Below, in pieces: positions 1 through 9,871 of a stretch of 64,000 bases of DNA. Source of the stretch: Patescibacteria group bacterium (GTDB taxonomy: Bacteria > Patescibacteriota > Minisyncoccia > UBA6257 > GWB1-50-10); NCBI GenBank assembly GCA_030018585.1, contig JASEHZ010000001.1:9484-73483 (forward strand), in the 5' to 3' direction. The notes beneath the pieces are model-generated. The model was given only the letters and a program-made list of their open reading frames with translations. It had not been told where the DNA came from and searched no databases. The first letter of the stretch is position 1; every line of letters starts with the position of its first letter. The translations under genes were made by a program, and so were the position numbers.

Positions 1-2
1 TA

Positions 3-1691
3 TGTCCACGTTATACAGCTTGTTATCTTGAGGGAATTTTAATTAAAGATTCGCCAAAATGGCTGCAGGATGTTTTGATAGATTGCGGATTAAGGCCGAT
101 TAACAATGTGGTGGACATTATGAACTATGTCATGCTTGAAATGGGTCAGCCTTTACATGCTTTTGATGTTGATAAATTAGAAGGCGGGAAGATTATTATC
201 CGTTGGGCGAAAAGAGGAGAGAAAATGATAACAATTGATGGAGTAAAATACGATTTAACGCCGGAAATACTGGTAATCGCGGATGCTAAAAAACCCGTGG
301 CTATTGCCGGCATTAAAGGCGGTCGGGGACCTGAAGTTTCGGAAACAACCAAACGGATTATTATTGAAGCAGCCAATTTTGATTCGGTAAGTATTTACAA
401 AACTTCAAAAATACTCGGGCTTGTGACTGATGCGTCAGTTAGATTTTCCCATTTATTGAGCGGGGAACTTGCGATTTTGGGTTTGGGCCGATCAGCCTAT
501 GTTTTGAAAGATTTGTTTGGTGCCCAAATAATTGATTATTTTGATTCAAGAAAAAAACCATTACCAAAACATATTTTAAAATTTGATATTAATAAATTTA
601 ATAAATTTATTGGTACTAAATTAAAGTGTGAAGAAGTAGGGGCTTATTTGAGGCGATTGGGTTTTAGAAATGTTTTGAAAGACGAATGGGAGGTGCCGAT
701 TTTACGGACAGATATAGAAAATCATGAAGACGTGATTGAAGAAGCGGCGCGCCTTCAGGGTTTTAATAATTTAAAACCGCAGGCACCCAAAGTAAATCTT
801 GTACCGGCCACGGAAGACGATGTGATTATATTGAAAGAAAAAGCAAGATGCGCGCTTGCAAGTTTCGGCGTTGATGAGGTCTATAATCATTCTTTCGTTG
901 CTAAAAAAGATTTGAATTTGGTTGGTGTTAAACTAGATGGAGCGGTTGAACTTGAAAATCCGATTAGCCAGGAATTTCAGTATTTGCGTCCATCTCTTAA
1001 ACCGGGCCTGATTGCTAATTTTGAACATAATTCTAAGTTTTTCAATGATTTTAAAATTTTTGAAATCGGAAAGATTTTTAACCGTAACGGCAAACGTATT
1101 AAAGAATATAATTCTTTTGGAATTTTATTTGCTTCAAAAAACAAAGAGACCTTTTTCCCTTTAAAAGGCGTTATGAATTCATTTTTAAAAAGTTTGGGTG
1201 TGATTGATTTTATTTTTGCGCCGGAGAATTCTTCAAAGCTTGCGCCTTTTCAAGAAAATTCAGCATTAAAACTTGAAGTGGATGGAAATGTAATTGGTTA
1301 TTTGGGTAAATTCGCTGACGTATTTAAAGATTGGCAGGTAAGCATTTCGGAATTAGATTTTGATAAATTACTTGAGTCTATTGAAAGCGAAGAAGAATTT
1401 CAGCCGTTATCAAAATATCCGGCCGTCATTCGTGATATTTCGATTTTCGTGGGTAAGGCTGTTCAAATCGGTGACCTTATGCAGGAAATTGAATTAAGCA
1501 ACAAAGAGTTGATAAATGATGTTGATTTAGTTGACGAATATTTCGATTCTAAACGCAGTAATAAGCAGAGCTTGACTTTTAGGATTGTATTTCAAGCTAA
1601 AAATAAGACTTTAACAAGCGAAGAAGTTGACCGGGAAATGGATAAGATTATTTCTCTTTTAAAGCGTAAATTTGGCGTTGAAATCCGTTAA
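3..1691 (+). CDS. pheT: Phenylalanyl-tRNA synthetase beta subunit, C-terminal ~560 aa (5' end cut by window edge)
   Basis: Frame is open from window start; motif GQPLHAFDVDKL and B5/anticodon-binding-like C-terminus typical of PheT. Confidence 0.85.
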   Translation, partial: CPRYTACYLEGILIKDSPKWLQDVLIDCGLRPINNVVDIMNYVMLEMGQPLHAFDVDKLEGGKIIIRWAKRGEKMITIDGVKYDLTPEILVIADAKKPVAIAGIKGGRGPEVSETTKRIIIEAANFDSVSIYKTSKILGLVTDASVRFSHLLSGELAILGLGRSAYVLKDLFGAQIIDYFDSRKKPLPKHILKFDINKFNKFIGTKLKCEEVGAYLRRLGFRNVLKDEWEVPILRTDIENHEDVIEEAARLQGFNNLKPQAPKVNLVPATEDDVIILKEKARCALASFGVDEVYNHSFVAKKDLNLVGVKLDGAVELENPISQEFQYLRPSLKPGLIANFEHNSKFFNDFKIFEIGKIFNRNGKRIKEYNSFGILFASKNKETFFPLKGVMNSFLKSLGVIDFIFAPENSSKLAPFQENSALKLEVDGNVIGYLGKFADVFKDWQVSISELDFDKLLESIESEEEFQPLSKYPAVIRDISIFVGKAVQIGDLMQEIELSNKELINDVDLVDEYFDSKRSNKQSLTFRIVFQAKNKTLTSEEVDREMDKIISLLKRKFGVEIR

Positions 1692-1699
1692 AATAAAAT

Positions 1700-1735
1700 C
1701 CCGTCAGTTTTTGGACTGACCGGGATATTTTAATA
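1700..1735 (+). terminator. Putative intrinsic terminator after pheT
   Basis: CCCGTCAGT-loop-ACTGACCGGG hairpin followed by AT/T-rich tract. Confidence 0.45.
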
Positions 1736-1815
1736 ATTTCCTCTCTCAAAATCTTTGATAATTTCAATAAAATTTCCGGTCTGATGAAGAATGTGTTTTT
1801 GAGGTAAGCCAGCTC

Positions 1816-1966
1816 TTAGGAATTTATGTTCTTTTTGATAACTTTGGCGTCACATTCTCGAACTGCTTTTATAAAAAGAGTTTTGTCTTGTTCGGTGCCT
1901 TGAGTAAGCGTTCCGTCAAAATCAAAAATGATCGCTGGTTTTTTGACCTTTTCGATTTTCAATCAT
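1816..1966 (-). pseudogene. HAD-family hydrolase N-terminal remnant (~55 codons, DxDGT motif)
   Basis: Minus-strand reading gives KPAIIFDFDGTLTQGTEQDKTLFIKAVRECDAKVIKKNINS-stop; upstream ATG with AAGGAA SD is out of frame by one A in an A6 run; far shorter than ~200-aa HAD proteins. Confidence 0.4.
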
Positions 1967-2045
1967 TTATTCCTTATGCAGTGAGTATTATTTTTAAAAT
2001 TTACTGTTCGTAATTCTAGTAATTGTTGTTTTTAAAGTCAAGTTT

Positions 2046-4208
2046 TTATTCCCAATGAACTTGTTTTTGAAATTGGTTTAAATAATTGTGGAGGTCAGGG
2101 TGATTTTTTAGAAGTGGATCGTTAGTGAGGATATTTATTGCTGCTTCGCGGGCTGATTTTACCAAATCAGGATTTTGGATTGCTTTCATTGCAATGTCGG
2201 GCATACCAGTTTGAGCTTCGCCCAAGAACTCGCCTGGGCCGCGAAGTCTTAAGTCTTTTTCAGCAAGTTCAAAGCCGTTTTTCGCTTCCACAATTGATTT
2301 TAATCTTTGGTGGGTTGTTTTTGACGTAGATTCTGTAAAAAGAAAGCAAAATGATTGGTGTTCACCGCGGCCGATCCGTCCTCTGAACTGGTAAAGCTGG
2401 GCCAAGCCGAATCGGTCAGCGCCTTCAATCATCATAATGGTGGCGTTTGGCACATCAACGCCGACTTCAACAATAGATGTGGCAACGATAATGTCGATTT
2501 TGCCTTCCGCAAAATCTCTCATAATCTTTTCCTTGGTTGGTTTTCCGTCAAAGGCGAGCTTGTTTCGAGTAGGCATTTTTCCATGAAGCATAGCAACTTT
2601 AAAATCAGGAAATATTTTTTTTGAAAGCTTCTCGTATTCTTCCTTGACTGCTTTGATGTTAACCCACAATCCGAAATTATTTTGAATTGATTCTTCTTTT
2701 TTCTCCGATGGTTCAATTCTCGGGCAAATTACAAATGCTTGACGCCCCTTTTTAATTTGTTCTCTAATGAAGGCGTAGGCCTTGTTACGGTTTTTTGGAT
2801 CTACCACTTTCGTGATGATTTGTTTTCTGTTTTTCGGCAATTCGTCTATCAGAGAAAGGTCAAGATCGCCGAAAATAGTAAGGCTTAAAGTTCTCGGGAT
2901 TGGTGTGGCTGACATACTTAGAAGATGGGGTGTAAATTCCTTATTTTTTACGAGTTCTGCTCGCTGTTTTACGCCAAATCGGTGCTGTTCGTCAACAACA
3001 ACAAGAGTTAAATTATTAAAGATTAAATTTTTTTGAATAAGAGCATGAGTGCCGATAATTATTTTTATTTTGCCTTGAGAAACACCTCGGTATAGACATG
3101 TTTTTTTGGTGTTTGCTTCCAGTTCGTGGCCATACCGCGTTTTTGATTCGTTTGATGTAAGAAGCGCAAGACCGTCTCCGAATTCCGGGAATATTTTTTT
3201 GAATGTGCGGTAATGTTGTTGGGCAAGAATTTCAGTCGGCGCCATGAAAACGGCTTGGCATCCGTTTTGAGCCGTAATTAAAGCAGCAATGGCAGCCACA
3301 ACGGTTTTGCCAGAACCCACATCGCCTTGTAAAAGACGGTTCATTGGGCGGGGTTTTTCTAAATCTTGCAATATTTCCCAAAGAGATTTTTTTTGGGATA
3401 AGGTGAGTTCAAACGGCAGGGCTTTAATGAGTTTTTTTGTTTTTTCAAGCTCATTTTTAATTGGCATTGATTTTTCTTTGGCTAATTTTAATCGTTCGCG
3501 AACATTAATAAGTTGTAAAAAAAACAAATCTTCGAAAGCAAAACGCCGTTTGGCAATTAAAGCTTCTTCAATTGTATTTGGAAAATGGATTTTTCGAATG
3601 GCAATATTTATTTCCAATAATTTTTCTTTTTCCAAAATTTCATAAGGAATTATTTCCTGAATTTCCGTAAGTCCATTCAAAATGGGTTTTATTAAGTATC
3701 GAAGCCCTTTAGATGTAAGTCCGCGGGTTTCCGGATAAATCGGCACGATTCGCGCTGTATGTTTGGTTTCGTGATAGATTTTGTGAGTATTTACTAATTC
3801 ATAAGTCGGGTTGGAAAGATAAATATCGCCGTCTTTTCTTGAAACCGTTATTTTGCCGGAAAAATTAGCTAGGCGACCGGGCTGAAGAACATTTTTTATG
3901 TAGGGCTGGTTAAACCAAATAGCTCGAATTGAACCAGTATCATCGCTAATCTCAGCTTCCATCAGAAATAGATTTCTATGCCAAGTTCTTCGGCTTTTGA
4001 TTTTTTCTACTGTACCTTGGATTGTGGCTTCTTGGTTAGGGATAAGTTCGGCAATTTTATAGATTTTAGAAAAATCTTCGTAGCGGGTTGGAAAGTGCCA
4101 GAGTAAGTCTTTTACTGTTTCAATATTCATTTTTTTTAGCTTGGCAATAAATCGCGGAGCAATGCCGCTGATTTGAATAAGGGGAGTGTTTAAGTTTATT
4201 TCGTTCAT
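2046..4208 (-). CDS. recG: ATP-dependent DNA helicase RecG
   Basis: GDVGSGKT Walker A, DEQHRFGV motif II, wedge/OB N-terminal region, 720 aa. Confidence 0.9.
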   Translation of the reverse strand: MNEINLNTPLIQISGIAPRFIAKLKKMNIETVKDLLWHFPTRYEDFSKIYKIAELIPNQEATIQGTVEKIKSRRTWHRNLFLMEAEISDDTGSIRAIWFNQPYIKNVLQPGRLANFSGKITVSRKDGDIYLSNPTYELVNTHKIYHETKHTARIVPIYPETRGLTSKGLRYLIKPILNGLTEIQEIIPYEILEKEKLLEINIAIRKIHFPNTIEEALIAKRRFAFEDLFFLQLINVRERLKLAKEKSMPIKNELEKTKKLIKALPFELTLSQKKSLWEILQDLEKPRPMNRLLQGDVGSGKTVVAAIAALITAQNGCQAVFMAPTEILAQQHYRTFKKIFPEFGDGLALLTSNESKTRYGHELEANTKKTCLYRGVSQGKIKIIIGTHALIQKNLIFNNLTLVVVDEQHRFGVKQRAELVKNKEFTPHLLSMSATPIPRTLSLTIFGDLDLSLIDELPKNRKQIITKVVDPKNRNKAYAFIREQIKKGRQAFVICPRIEPSEKKEESIQNNFGLWVNIKAVKEEYEKLSKKIFPDFKVAMLHGKMPTRNKLAFDGKPTKEKIMRDFAEGKIDIIVATSIVEVGVDVPNATIMMIEGADRFGLAQLYQFRGRIGRGEHQSFCFLFTESTSKTTHQRLKSIVEAKNGFELAEKDLRLRGPGEFLGEAQTGMPDIAMKAIQNPDLVKSAREAAINILTNDPLLKNHPDLHNYLNQFQKQVHWE

Positions 4209-4434
4209 AAGAACTGCTTTTGCGCCATATTATAGCATATAATCAATACATTTCCGACTATTGACTTTCCCATGATGGTATGCTACACTTATGTTAGTTT
4301 AATTAATAACTAAATAATAATGTAAGAAAGGATTAAAACAATGAATTATCAAAAAACGTTGATGTTGCGTTGGTCAATATTTTTCCGCTCTTTTAATTGC
4401 TCTATTTTGGGCAATTTGGAGCATATTTGCGCCA

Positions 4435-4779
4435 GTGCCGGTTGTAACCAGTATAAAAATAACACCGACCTATTCATATGAGTTGCCCTTTACCCTATCC
4501 CGCTGGTTAGATATTTTAATTGGACCAATATATTCTTGTATTTTCATATTTATTTTTACTAACAAGAAAATACAAAAAAATGAGGATTTAACTTTTAGTC
4601 TGGCTGTTGGTCTGGCTCTTGGTCTGGCTTTTGGTCTGGTTCTTGGTCTGGCTGTTGGTCTGGTTCTTGGTCTGGCTTTTGGTCTGACTGCTGGTCTGAC
4701 TGCTGGTCTGGCTACTCTAATAAAATTAATTTTTAGCAGCCGGTTTAAAAACTGGCTGTTGGCTGAAGATAAAAAATAA
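4435..4779 (+). CDS. Small membrane protein with glycine-zipper (GLxxGLxxGL...) repeat
   Basis: 114-aa ORF; N-terminal TM segment; middle encoded by ~10 tandem 12-nt repeats. Confidence 0.45.
   Translation: MPVVTSIKITPTYSYELPFTLSRWLDILIGPIYSCIFIFIFTNKKIQKNEDLTFSLAVGLALGLAFGLVLGLAVGLVLGLAFGLTAGLTAGLATLIKLIFSSRFKNWLLAEDKK
4597..4716 (+). repeat. Tandem 12-nt repeat (GGTCTGGCTNNT)x~10 inside CDS
   Basis: Direct reading: ggtctggctgtt ggtctggctctt ggtctggctttt ggtctggttctt ... ggtctgactgct ggtctggctact. Confidence 0.8.
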
Positions 4780-4865
4780 ATACCGAGCGAGTTAGGTTAC
4801 CAGCTTATTAGATTGAAGACGTCCCCTTTTACGAAAGAAAGGAGGTTTGAAGTGTAAGATTTAAA

Positions 4866-4905
4866 ATAAAAAAGCGCTATCCGTTGATAGCGCCTTTTTT
4901 ATTTT
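4866..4905. terminator. Bidirectional intrinsic terminator (A-run, GCGCTAT-CCGTTG-ATAGCGC, T-run)
   Basis: Perfect 7-bp stem flanked by A8 and T-rich runs between a + gene and the - strand tRNA. Confidence 0.6.
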
Positions 4906-4981
4906 TGTCCACCCCCTGGGACTCGAACCCAGAGCCTCGCGCTTAAGAGGCGCTTGCTGCTACCAATTGAGCTAGGGGTGG
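4906..4981 (-). tRNA. tRNA-Lys (anticodon CTT), no encoded CCA
   Basis: Manual cloverleaf fold: acceptor CCACCCC/GGGGTGG, T-arm CTGGG-TTCGAGT-CCCAG, anticodon loop CTCTTAA. Confidence 0.65.
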
Positions 4982-5718
4982 CTATATTTCTAAGTTAACC
5001 GGTCGGTTAATTTTCGTCAACCGTACCCATCTTCTTTCGATATTTTTTACTTTCACATCTTCCCGTTCTAAAACTGCTTGCGTCCATCCGTATACTCGAT
5101 GGATATAATCGCCGCTTTTGGGGACCTCAACTCTTATCGTGCCGTAGTAAAGGTTATTTTTCTTATAGCCCTTACTGAATGGTTTGACATAACTCTTCCC
5201 AAAATTTTTTATTGGTATTCCGGTGAGGTCTGACCAAAATCTTTTTATTTCTTCTCTGTTTTGCTGCGGATAGATATTAAGTCGAGCTTTCAATGTGTTC
5301 CTCCTGATGTTAAATATTTTTTCAATCCAGTGAACCATAAACAATATGAGGCGTGGATCAGAATTCGTTACCTGAAACACATTTCCTTTCGTGCCCTCGC
5401 CCCAATACAATGCCGCTCCAAAGAGTTTGAATGTTTGTTCTGAAATGGGTATGGTGATTTCTCTTTTTGCGTGTTCAATAATTTTTCGTTGACTTCCCGT
5501 TTCCTTCGCTCCTTCTGTGATTGAGCTCCTCGGGAGAGGACTTGAATTTGTTTCGTATAAAGTCGCTCTCGATGTTCGGCTTTAAGGGGGATACTCTTTA
5601 ACCACAAACTTAATGTGCTTTTTGAAACCCCGATTATTTTCCGTATTTCATTGTAGCTTAATCCCTTTTTTCTTAGCGCTTCGGCCCCTTTCTTTAATTT
5701 AAGGTAATTATTTCCCAT
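4982..5718 (-). pseudogene. HTH-domain protein split over two frames (5368-5718 HTH N-terminus; 4982-5410 C-terminal domain of unknown type)
   Basis: N-terminal ORF has resolvase-like HTH GLSYNEIRKIIGVSKSTLSLWLK; downstream ORF overlaps by 43 nt in another frame; abuts tRNA-Lys. Confidence 0.35.
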
Positions 5719-5807
5719 ACTACTAATTATAGCACATAGGGCAGCTGCTCTACTAATTGGGCTATGAACGGATGAGCTTGCTTTACTAATTCTTTGATGT
5801 TTTACAA

Positions 5808-6369
5808 CTAATTTGTTTTATTGGAGCAAATATAAACAAAAGCCGGCGGTACGTTCATTAATACGAATTTCACTTCAATATTTTTAAAAAACGGTATAAG
5901 CGCAGTATGACGGTTTAGCGAATAGGCAAATTGGATATAAATTCCGTCTTTTGCAATTTCTTTTGATATAGCAGTAAGGAGTTTGTTAAGCGCCGGTTTT
6001 TTCCAACGGTCAAGCGGTAAAGACGAGAAAAAACAAATTGGTTTTTTAATTTCAATGGCTTTTAAATGTTTCTCAAAATTTTCAGCGCTGTCTTCGATAA
6101 TAATATAGCGGGGATCTTTTATGTTTTCCAGATTTTTAATGAAAATCTTGCTTATTTCAAAGGAAATCATTTTTTGGGTCTTTCCGCATTTTATTAAGCA
6201 ATGCTTTAGTGGTGTTGCCAGCGCCTGGTCCGAACTCAATGATGTCGCCGATTTTTTTAAAATCAATCGCTTTGATCATTTTCTTTATGAGTTGAGGCGA
6301 ACTGGGCGTAACCGCGCCCAAGGTTTTCGGTTTTCTCATATATTCTTTCAGGAATTTGATTTTTTTCAT
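5808..6369 (-). pseudogene. Class I SAM-dependent methyltransferase (COG3963/PmtA-like), split by a frameshift
   Basis: 70-aa ORF 6157-6369 holds GAVTPSS...EFGPGAGNTT SAM-binding motif; 152-aa ORF 5808-6266 continues with MNVPPA-type motif in another frame; T6 run at ~6171-6176 in the overlap. Confidence 0.45.
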
Positions 6370-6371
6370 TT

Positions 6372-7241
6372 TTATCCGCTTATATACGAAATAATTAAAA
6401 CGCTCGCAATAGCAATAATAATGCCAAAAATTTGATGGCGCTGAAGTTTTTCTTTGTTAATAAAAACGCCTAAAAGCACGGTAAACGCAATATAGCTTTC
6501 GCTGATTGTTGTTGCAACGGAAATCGCTATAAAACTTGCGGCATAAGCGTAAAAAATCCAAGCCATGTTATCTAAAATACTTTCGGCCATGAGAATTCTC
6601 GGATGATATTTTATGTCAGTCCAAATACTTTTAAATTGGCCCTTGGCGACAATATAAACAACGCAAAAAACCGTAAAAATTAAATTAGTAAACCAAATAG
6701 TAAGAAGTGGCGAAGTGCTTTGGCTTGATGCGCCAACCAGAAAATTTACAAGTCCCATTACAATTGCACCAATTCCGGCAAACATCACGCCCCTTTCTAG
6801 AAGTCTTTTGTGATAATGGAGATGAGCGTGATGAGTCGTGACGCTTAGCGTGATGCCGATAAAAGTAACAGTTACTAAAAAAAGTTGGGGAAGTGATAAT
6901 TTTTCTCCCCAAAATAGGGCGCTTAAAGCGACCGTGATTGGCAGTTCAATGGCGAGAATCGGTTCGATAATTGCGAGTTTGCCGCGCTTCAATGCTTCAA
7001 AATCAAAAAGCGCAGCAAAAAATATTACTACGCCGGTTAAAGAAAGAAGAATTAATAAATGAGGGGTATGGAAAAAAGCATTAAGTTCAGAATAAATAAA
7101 AGGAAAAATCGCGATTACTCCGACGATGCCAATATAAAAAAGCGTTTTAAAATCACCGAAAATCCGCGTTGCGCGCTGAATTGAAAAATCGCCAAATCCC
7201 CAGGAAAGAAGCGCTAGTAATGAAAAGATTATTCCTAGCAT
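6372..7241 (-). CDS. EamA/DMT-family transporter (10 TM)
   Basis: 289 aa, two internally repeated hydrophobic halves typical of DMT/EamA. Confidence 0.6.
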   Translation of the reverse strand: MLGIIFSLLALLSWGFGDFSIQRATRIFGDFKTLFYIGIVGVIAIFPFIYSELNAFFHTPHLLILLSLTGVVIFFAALFDFEALKRGKLAIIEPILAIELPITVALSALFWGEKLSLPQLFLVTVTFIGITLSVTTHHAHLHYHKRLLERGVMFAGIGAIVMGLVNFLVGASSQSTSPLLTIWFTNLIFTVFCVVYIVAKGQFKSIWTDIKYHPRILMAESILDNMAWIFYAYAASFIAISVATTISESYIAFTVLLGVFINKEKLQRHQIFGIIIAIASVLIISYISG

Positions 7242-7247
7242 AATATT

Positions 7248-7322
7248 GCGTCCCCAGAAGGACTTGAACCCTCAACCTCCGCGTCCGAAGCGCGGCGCTC
7301 TATCCAATTGAGCTATGGGGAC
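7248..7322 (-). tRNA. tRNA-Arg (anticodon TCG), no encoded CCA
   Basis: Manual fold: acceptor GTCCCCA/TGGGGAC, anticodon stem CCGCG/CGCGG loop CTTCGGA, T-arm GAGGG-TTCAAGT-CCTTC. Confidence 0.65.
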
Positions 7323-7493
7323 AAAGGTGTGGGGTCGACAATAATTACTTTATCGCATTTTTTTGAAAATAAAAAGTCGTTTTACCCAGCATTAAAAAAG
7401 CCGCAGGTTGTGTTTGCGGCTAATTTTTATAATAAATCAAAATGCTTTTGATAAATCAGATTATTGAGATTTTAGTGCTGGGCTTTTGAGCGG

Positions 7494-7868
7494 CTAGATA
7501 AAATTAGAAAAAAGAAGAATTGAAATTCTTGTGCGGTCCATTGAATCGCGGTTGTCTTTTGTAATTTCAATCAGTCTTTCAAATTTCTGTCTTAAGGCAA
7601 TATCAAAGCTGGTGCGATCAAGGATTTCTTGTATGGCTTCAATTATTTCAAGTTGAGCTTTTTTTGGATCAAGTTCGTTTTTTTCTTCTTCAAGCTGTTC
7701 AATCCGTTCTTTCAGGTCTTTTATTTGATGTTCATAATCTTCTTTTTCGCTTTGAAGTTCTGTTAGTTTCTCTTCAAAATCCTCGATTAATTTTTTTATT
7801 CCTTCTAATTTTTCTATTTTTTCGTCTAGAAAATCTCTAAAAGTTTCAATTTCTTTTCTGTCTATCAT
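7494..7868 (-). CDS. Hypothetical coiled-coil protein (E/K-rich heptads)
   Basis: 124-aa ORF, translationally coupled to upstream ORF (4-nt overlap). Confidence 0.35.
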   Translation of the reverse strand: MIDRKEIETFRDFLDEKIEKLEGIKKLIEDFEEKLTELQSEKEDYEHQIKDLKERIEQLEEEKNELDPKKAQLEIIEAIQEILDRTSFDIALRQKFERLIEITKDNRDSMDRTRISILLFSNFI

Positions 7869-8170
7869 AATTTCTCCTTTTTAAAACAGTTGCGCTTTAC
7901 TAGAAAATCAACTTCTTCAGCAAAAAGCGGATAAATTCTGCTTTCGGGTGGATTAGTTATACGACGTATCCAAAGAGCAACATGATCTTTGCCTTTGATT
8001 TTTTGAGAATACATACTTATTACTCGGTAAGTTCCTTCTGGTTTTGTATAACCATTTTTCATAGCCGGGTTGGCTAAAATTTTGCTGTCTAGCTTTACAA
8101 ACGGTTCAACCGTTTCGGTTTCGCCAAATCCGATTTTCTCCATTACATCAGCGAATTTTCTGAAAGTCAT
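7865..8170 (-). CDS. Hypothetical protein
   Basis: 101-aa ORF forming a two-gene unit with 7494-7868. Confidence 0.35.
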   Translation of the reverse strand: MTFRKFADVMEKIGFGETETVEPFVKLDSKILANPAMKNGYTKPEGTYRVISMYSQKIKGKDHVALWIRRITNPPESRIYPLFAEEVDFLVKRNCFKKEKL

Positions 8171-8264
8171 CTCATCTTTCCTTTCTTATGTTTGATAATT
8201 TAAAGATTCTGTTTTGATAATATATGCTTTAGCAAAATTTGTAAAGATACATTAAAATAAGTAT

Positions 8265-9728
8265 ATGCGAGTTGTTGTCGTGCCTAAAGAAATAAAAGAA
8301 ATTGCCGGTGTTTTAGAAAAAGCCGGTTTTGAAGCGTACTTAGTAGGCGGTTGTGTCCGTGATCTTTTAATTGGTAAAAAGCCGAAAGATTGGGACGTTG
8401 CGACAAATGCTAGGCCAGAAGAAATCCAGAAATTATTTTCCGATTCTGTATACGAGAATCAATTCGGCACAGTTGGCGTAAAAACCGAAAGTAGCGATTC
8501 CACGCTTAAAGTTATTGAAGTGACAACATATCGTATCGAGGGCAAATATACTGATAAGCGTCATCCGGACGAAGTTAAGTTCGCAAAAACCATTGAAGAA
8601 GATTTAGGCCGTAGAGATTTTACTATTAATGCTTTTGCCAAGGATTTGCTAAAAAAAGGAGAAGTTATTGATTTATATGATGGGCAAAAAGATTTGGAAA
8701 ACAAAATTATTAGAACCGTAGGCGATCCCAAGAAACGTTTTTGTGAAGATGCGCTTCGGCTTTTGCGGGCGATCAGATTTGCTTCAGAGCTTGGTTTTGA
8801 GATTGAAAAAAATACATTAGAAGCCATTCAGGAATGCGCTGGTTCTATTGAGGCGATTGCTAAAGAACGGATCCGCGACGAATTTGCAAAATTAATAATG
8901 TCGGATGGGGCAGCTCGTGGCATTATTTTATTGGAAGATGTCGGGCTTTTAAAATATATAATTCCAGAATTACGGGAAGGAATTGGTTGCTCACAAAACA
9001 AGCATCATATCTATACAGTTTTTGATCATAATGTTCGGGCGTTAAATTATGCGGTGGAGAAAAAATATCCGTTTGAAATTCGTTTGGCTTCGCTTTTTCA
9101 TGATATTGCCAAGCCTAAGACAAAAGCCGGCGATGGACCGGATTCGACTTTTTATAATCATGAAATTGTTGGCGCAAAAATAACTTTAAAAATTCTTGAT
9201 CGTTTGCGTTTTTCAAAAGAAATTATAGAAAAAGTAACTCATTTGGTAAGATGTCATTTGTTTTATTACAACGTTGGCGAAGTAACTGAAGCGGGTGTGA
9301 GAAGGTTTTTAAACCGGGTGGGACCGGAAAATGTTCCGGATTTAATAAAAGTGCGGGAAGCCGACAGAATAGGTTCGGGCGTGCCTAAGGCTGTGCCCTA
9401 TAAAATTCGCCATCTGCTTTTTATGATTGAAAAAGTAAAATCTGACCCGATTCATCCCAAAATGCTTGTTTTGCGGGGCGACGATATTATGAAAATTTTA
9501 AATATCCCGGCCGGGCCTAAAATCGGCCAGATTCTTTCAATTCTTTTGGAGGAAGTTCTTGATGACCCGAAAAAGAATAACCGGGAATATTTAGAATTTA
9601 GAGCTAAAGAGCTTAATCTATTTAGCGAAAAAGATTTAATTGCTCAATCAAAAAAAGCTAAAGAAAAGAAAGAGGAATTTGAGGGGGGAATTGAAAATGA
9701 AATGAAAAAGAAATATTATGTCAGGTAG
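8265..9728 (+). CDS. cca: CCA-adding tRNA nucleotidyltransferase (polymerase-beta head + HD domain)
   Basis: GGCVRDLLIGKKPKDWDVAT nucleotidyltransferase motif; HD-domain His/Asp cluster; 487 aa. Confidence 0.85.
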   Translation: MRVVVVPKEIKEIAGVLEKAGFEAYLVGGCVRDLLIGKKPKDWDVATNARPEEIQKLFSDSVYENQFGTVGVKTESSDSTLKVIEVTTYRIEGKYTDKRHPDEVKFAKTIEEDLGRRDFTINAFAKDLLKKGEVIDLYDGQKDLENKIIRTVGDPKKRFCEDALRLLRAIRFASELGFEIEKNTLEAIQECAGSIEAIAKERIRDEFAKLIMSDGAARGIILLEDVGLLKYIIPELREGIGCSQNKHHIYTVFDHNVRALNYAVEKKYPFEIRLASLFHDIAKPKTKAGDGPDSTFYNHEIVGAKITLKILDRLRFSKEIIEKVTHLVRCHLFYYNVGEVTEAGVRRFLNRVGPENVPDLIKVREADRIGSGVPKAVPYKIRHLLFMIEKVKSDPIHPKMLVLRGDDIMKILNIPAGPKIGQILSILLEEVLDDPKKNNREYLEFRAKELNLFSEKDLIAQSKKAKEKKEEFEGGIENEMKKKYYVR

Positions 9729-9770
9729 TAGAAGCTTGGCTTTTTTCAGCATTTCCCGCTAAAAGTAGAT

Positions 9771-9844
9771 CGGGGAGGAGTATGCCGGTAGTACGCACGC
9801 TTCGGGTGCGTGTAGACCGGGTTCGATTCCCGGCTCCCCGACCA
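9771..9844 (+). tRNA. tRNA-Pro (anticodon CGG) with encoded CCA
   Basis: Manual fold: acceptor CGGGGAG/CTCCCCG, anticodon stem CACGC/GCGTG loop TTCGGGT, T-arm CCGGG-TTCGATT-CCCGG, ends ACCA. Confidence 0.7.
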
Positions 9845-9871
9845 GACGAAACTTAAGAAAAACACCGAAAA

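Noticed and set aside
2138-4208. Several 60-120-aa ORFs on the + strand inside recG (2138-2329, 2355-2624, 2782-3036, 3289-3645) and similar antisense ORFs inside dnaB, cysS, fusA, the LTD gene, prs and eno
   Set aside because: They are fully embedded antisense to long, well-supported genes, are low-complexity or basic, and have no independent signals. They are shadow ORFs.
4597-4716. CRISPR array suspected from regular 12-nt periodicity
   Set aside because: Units are contiguous with no spacers, lie in-frame inside a CDS, and encode GLxx repeats.
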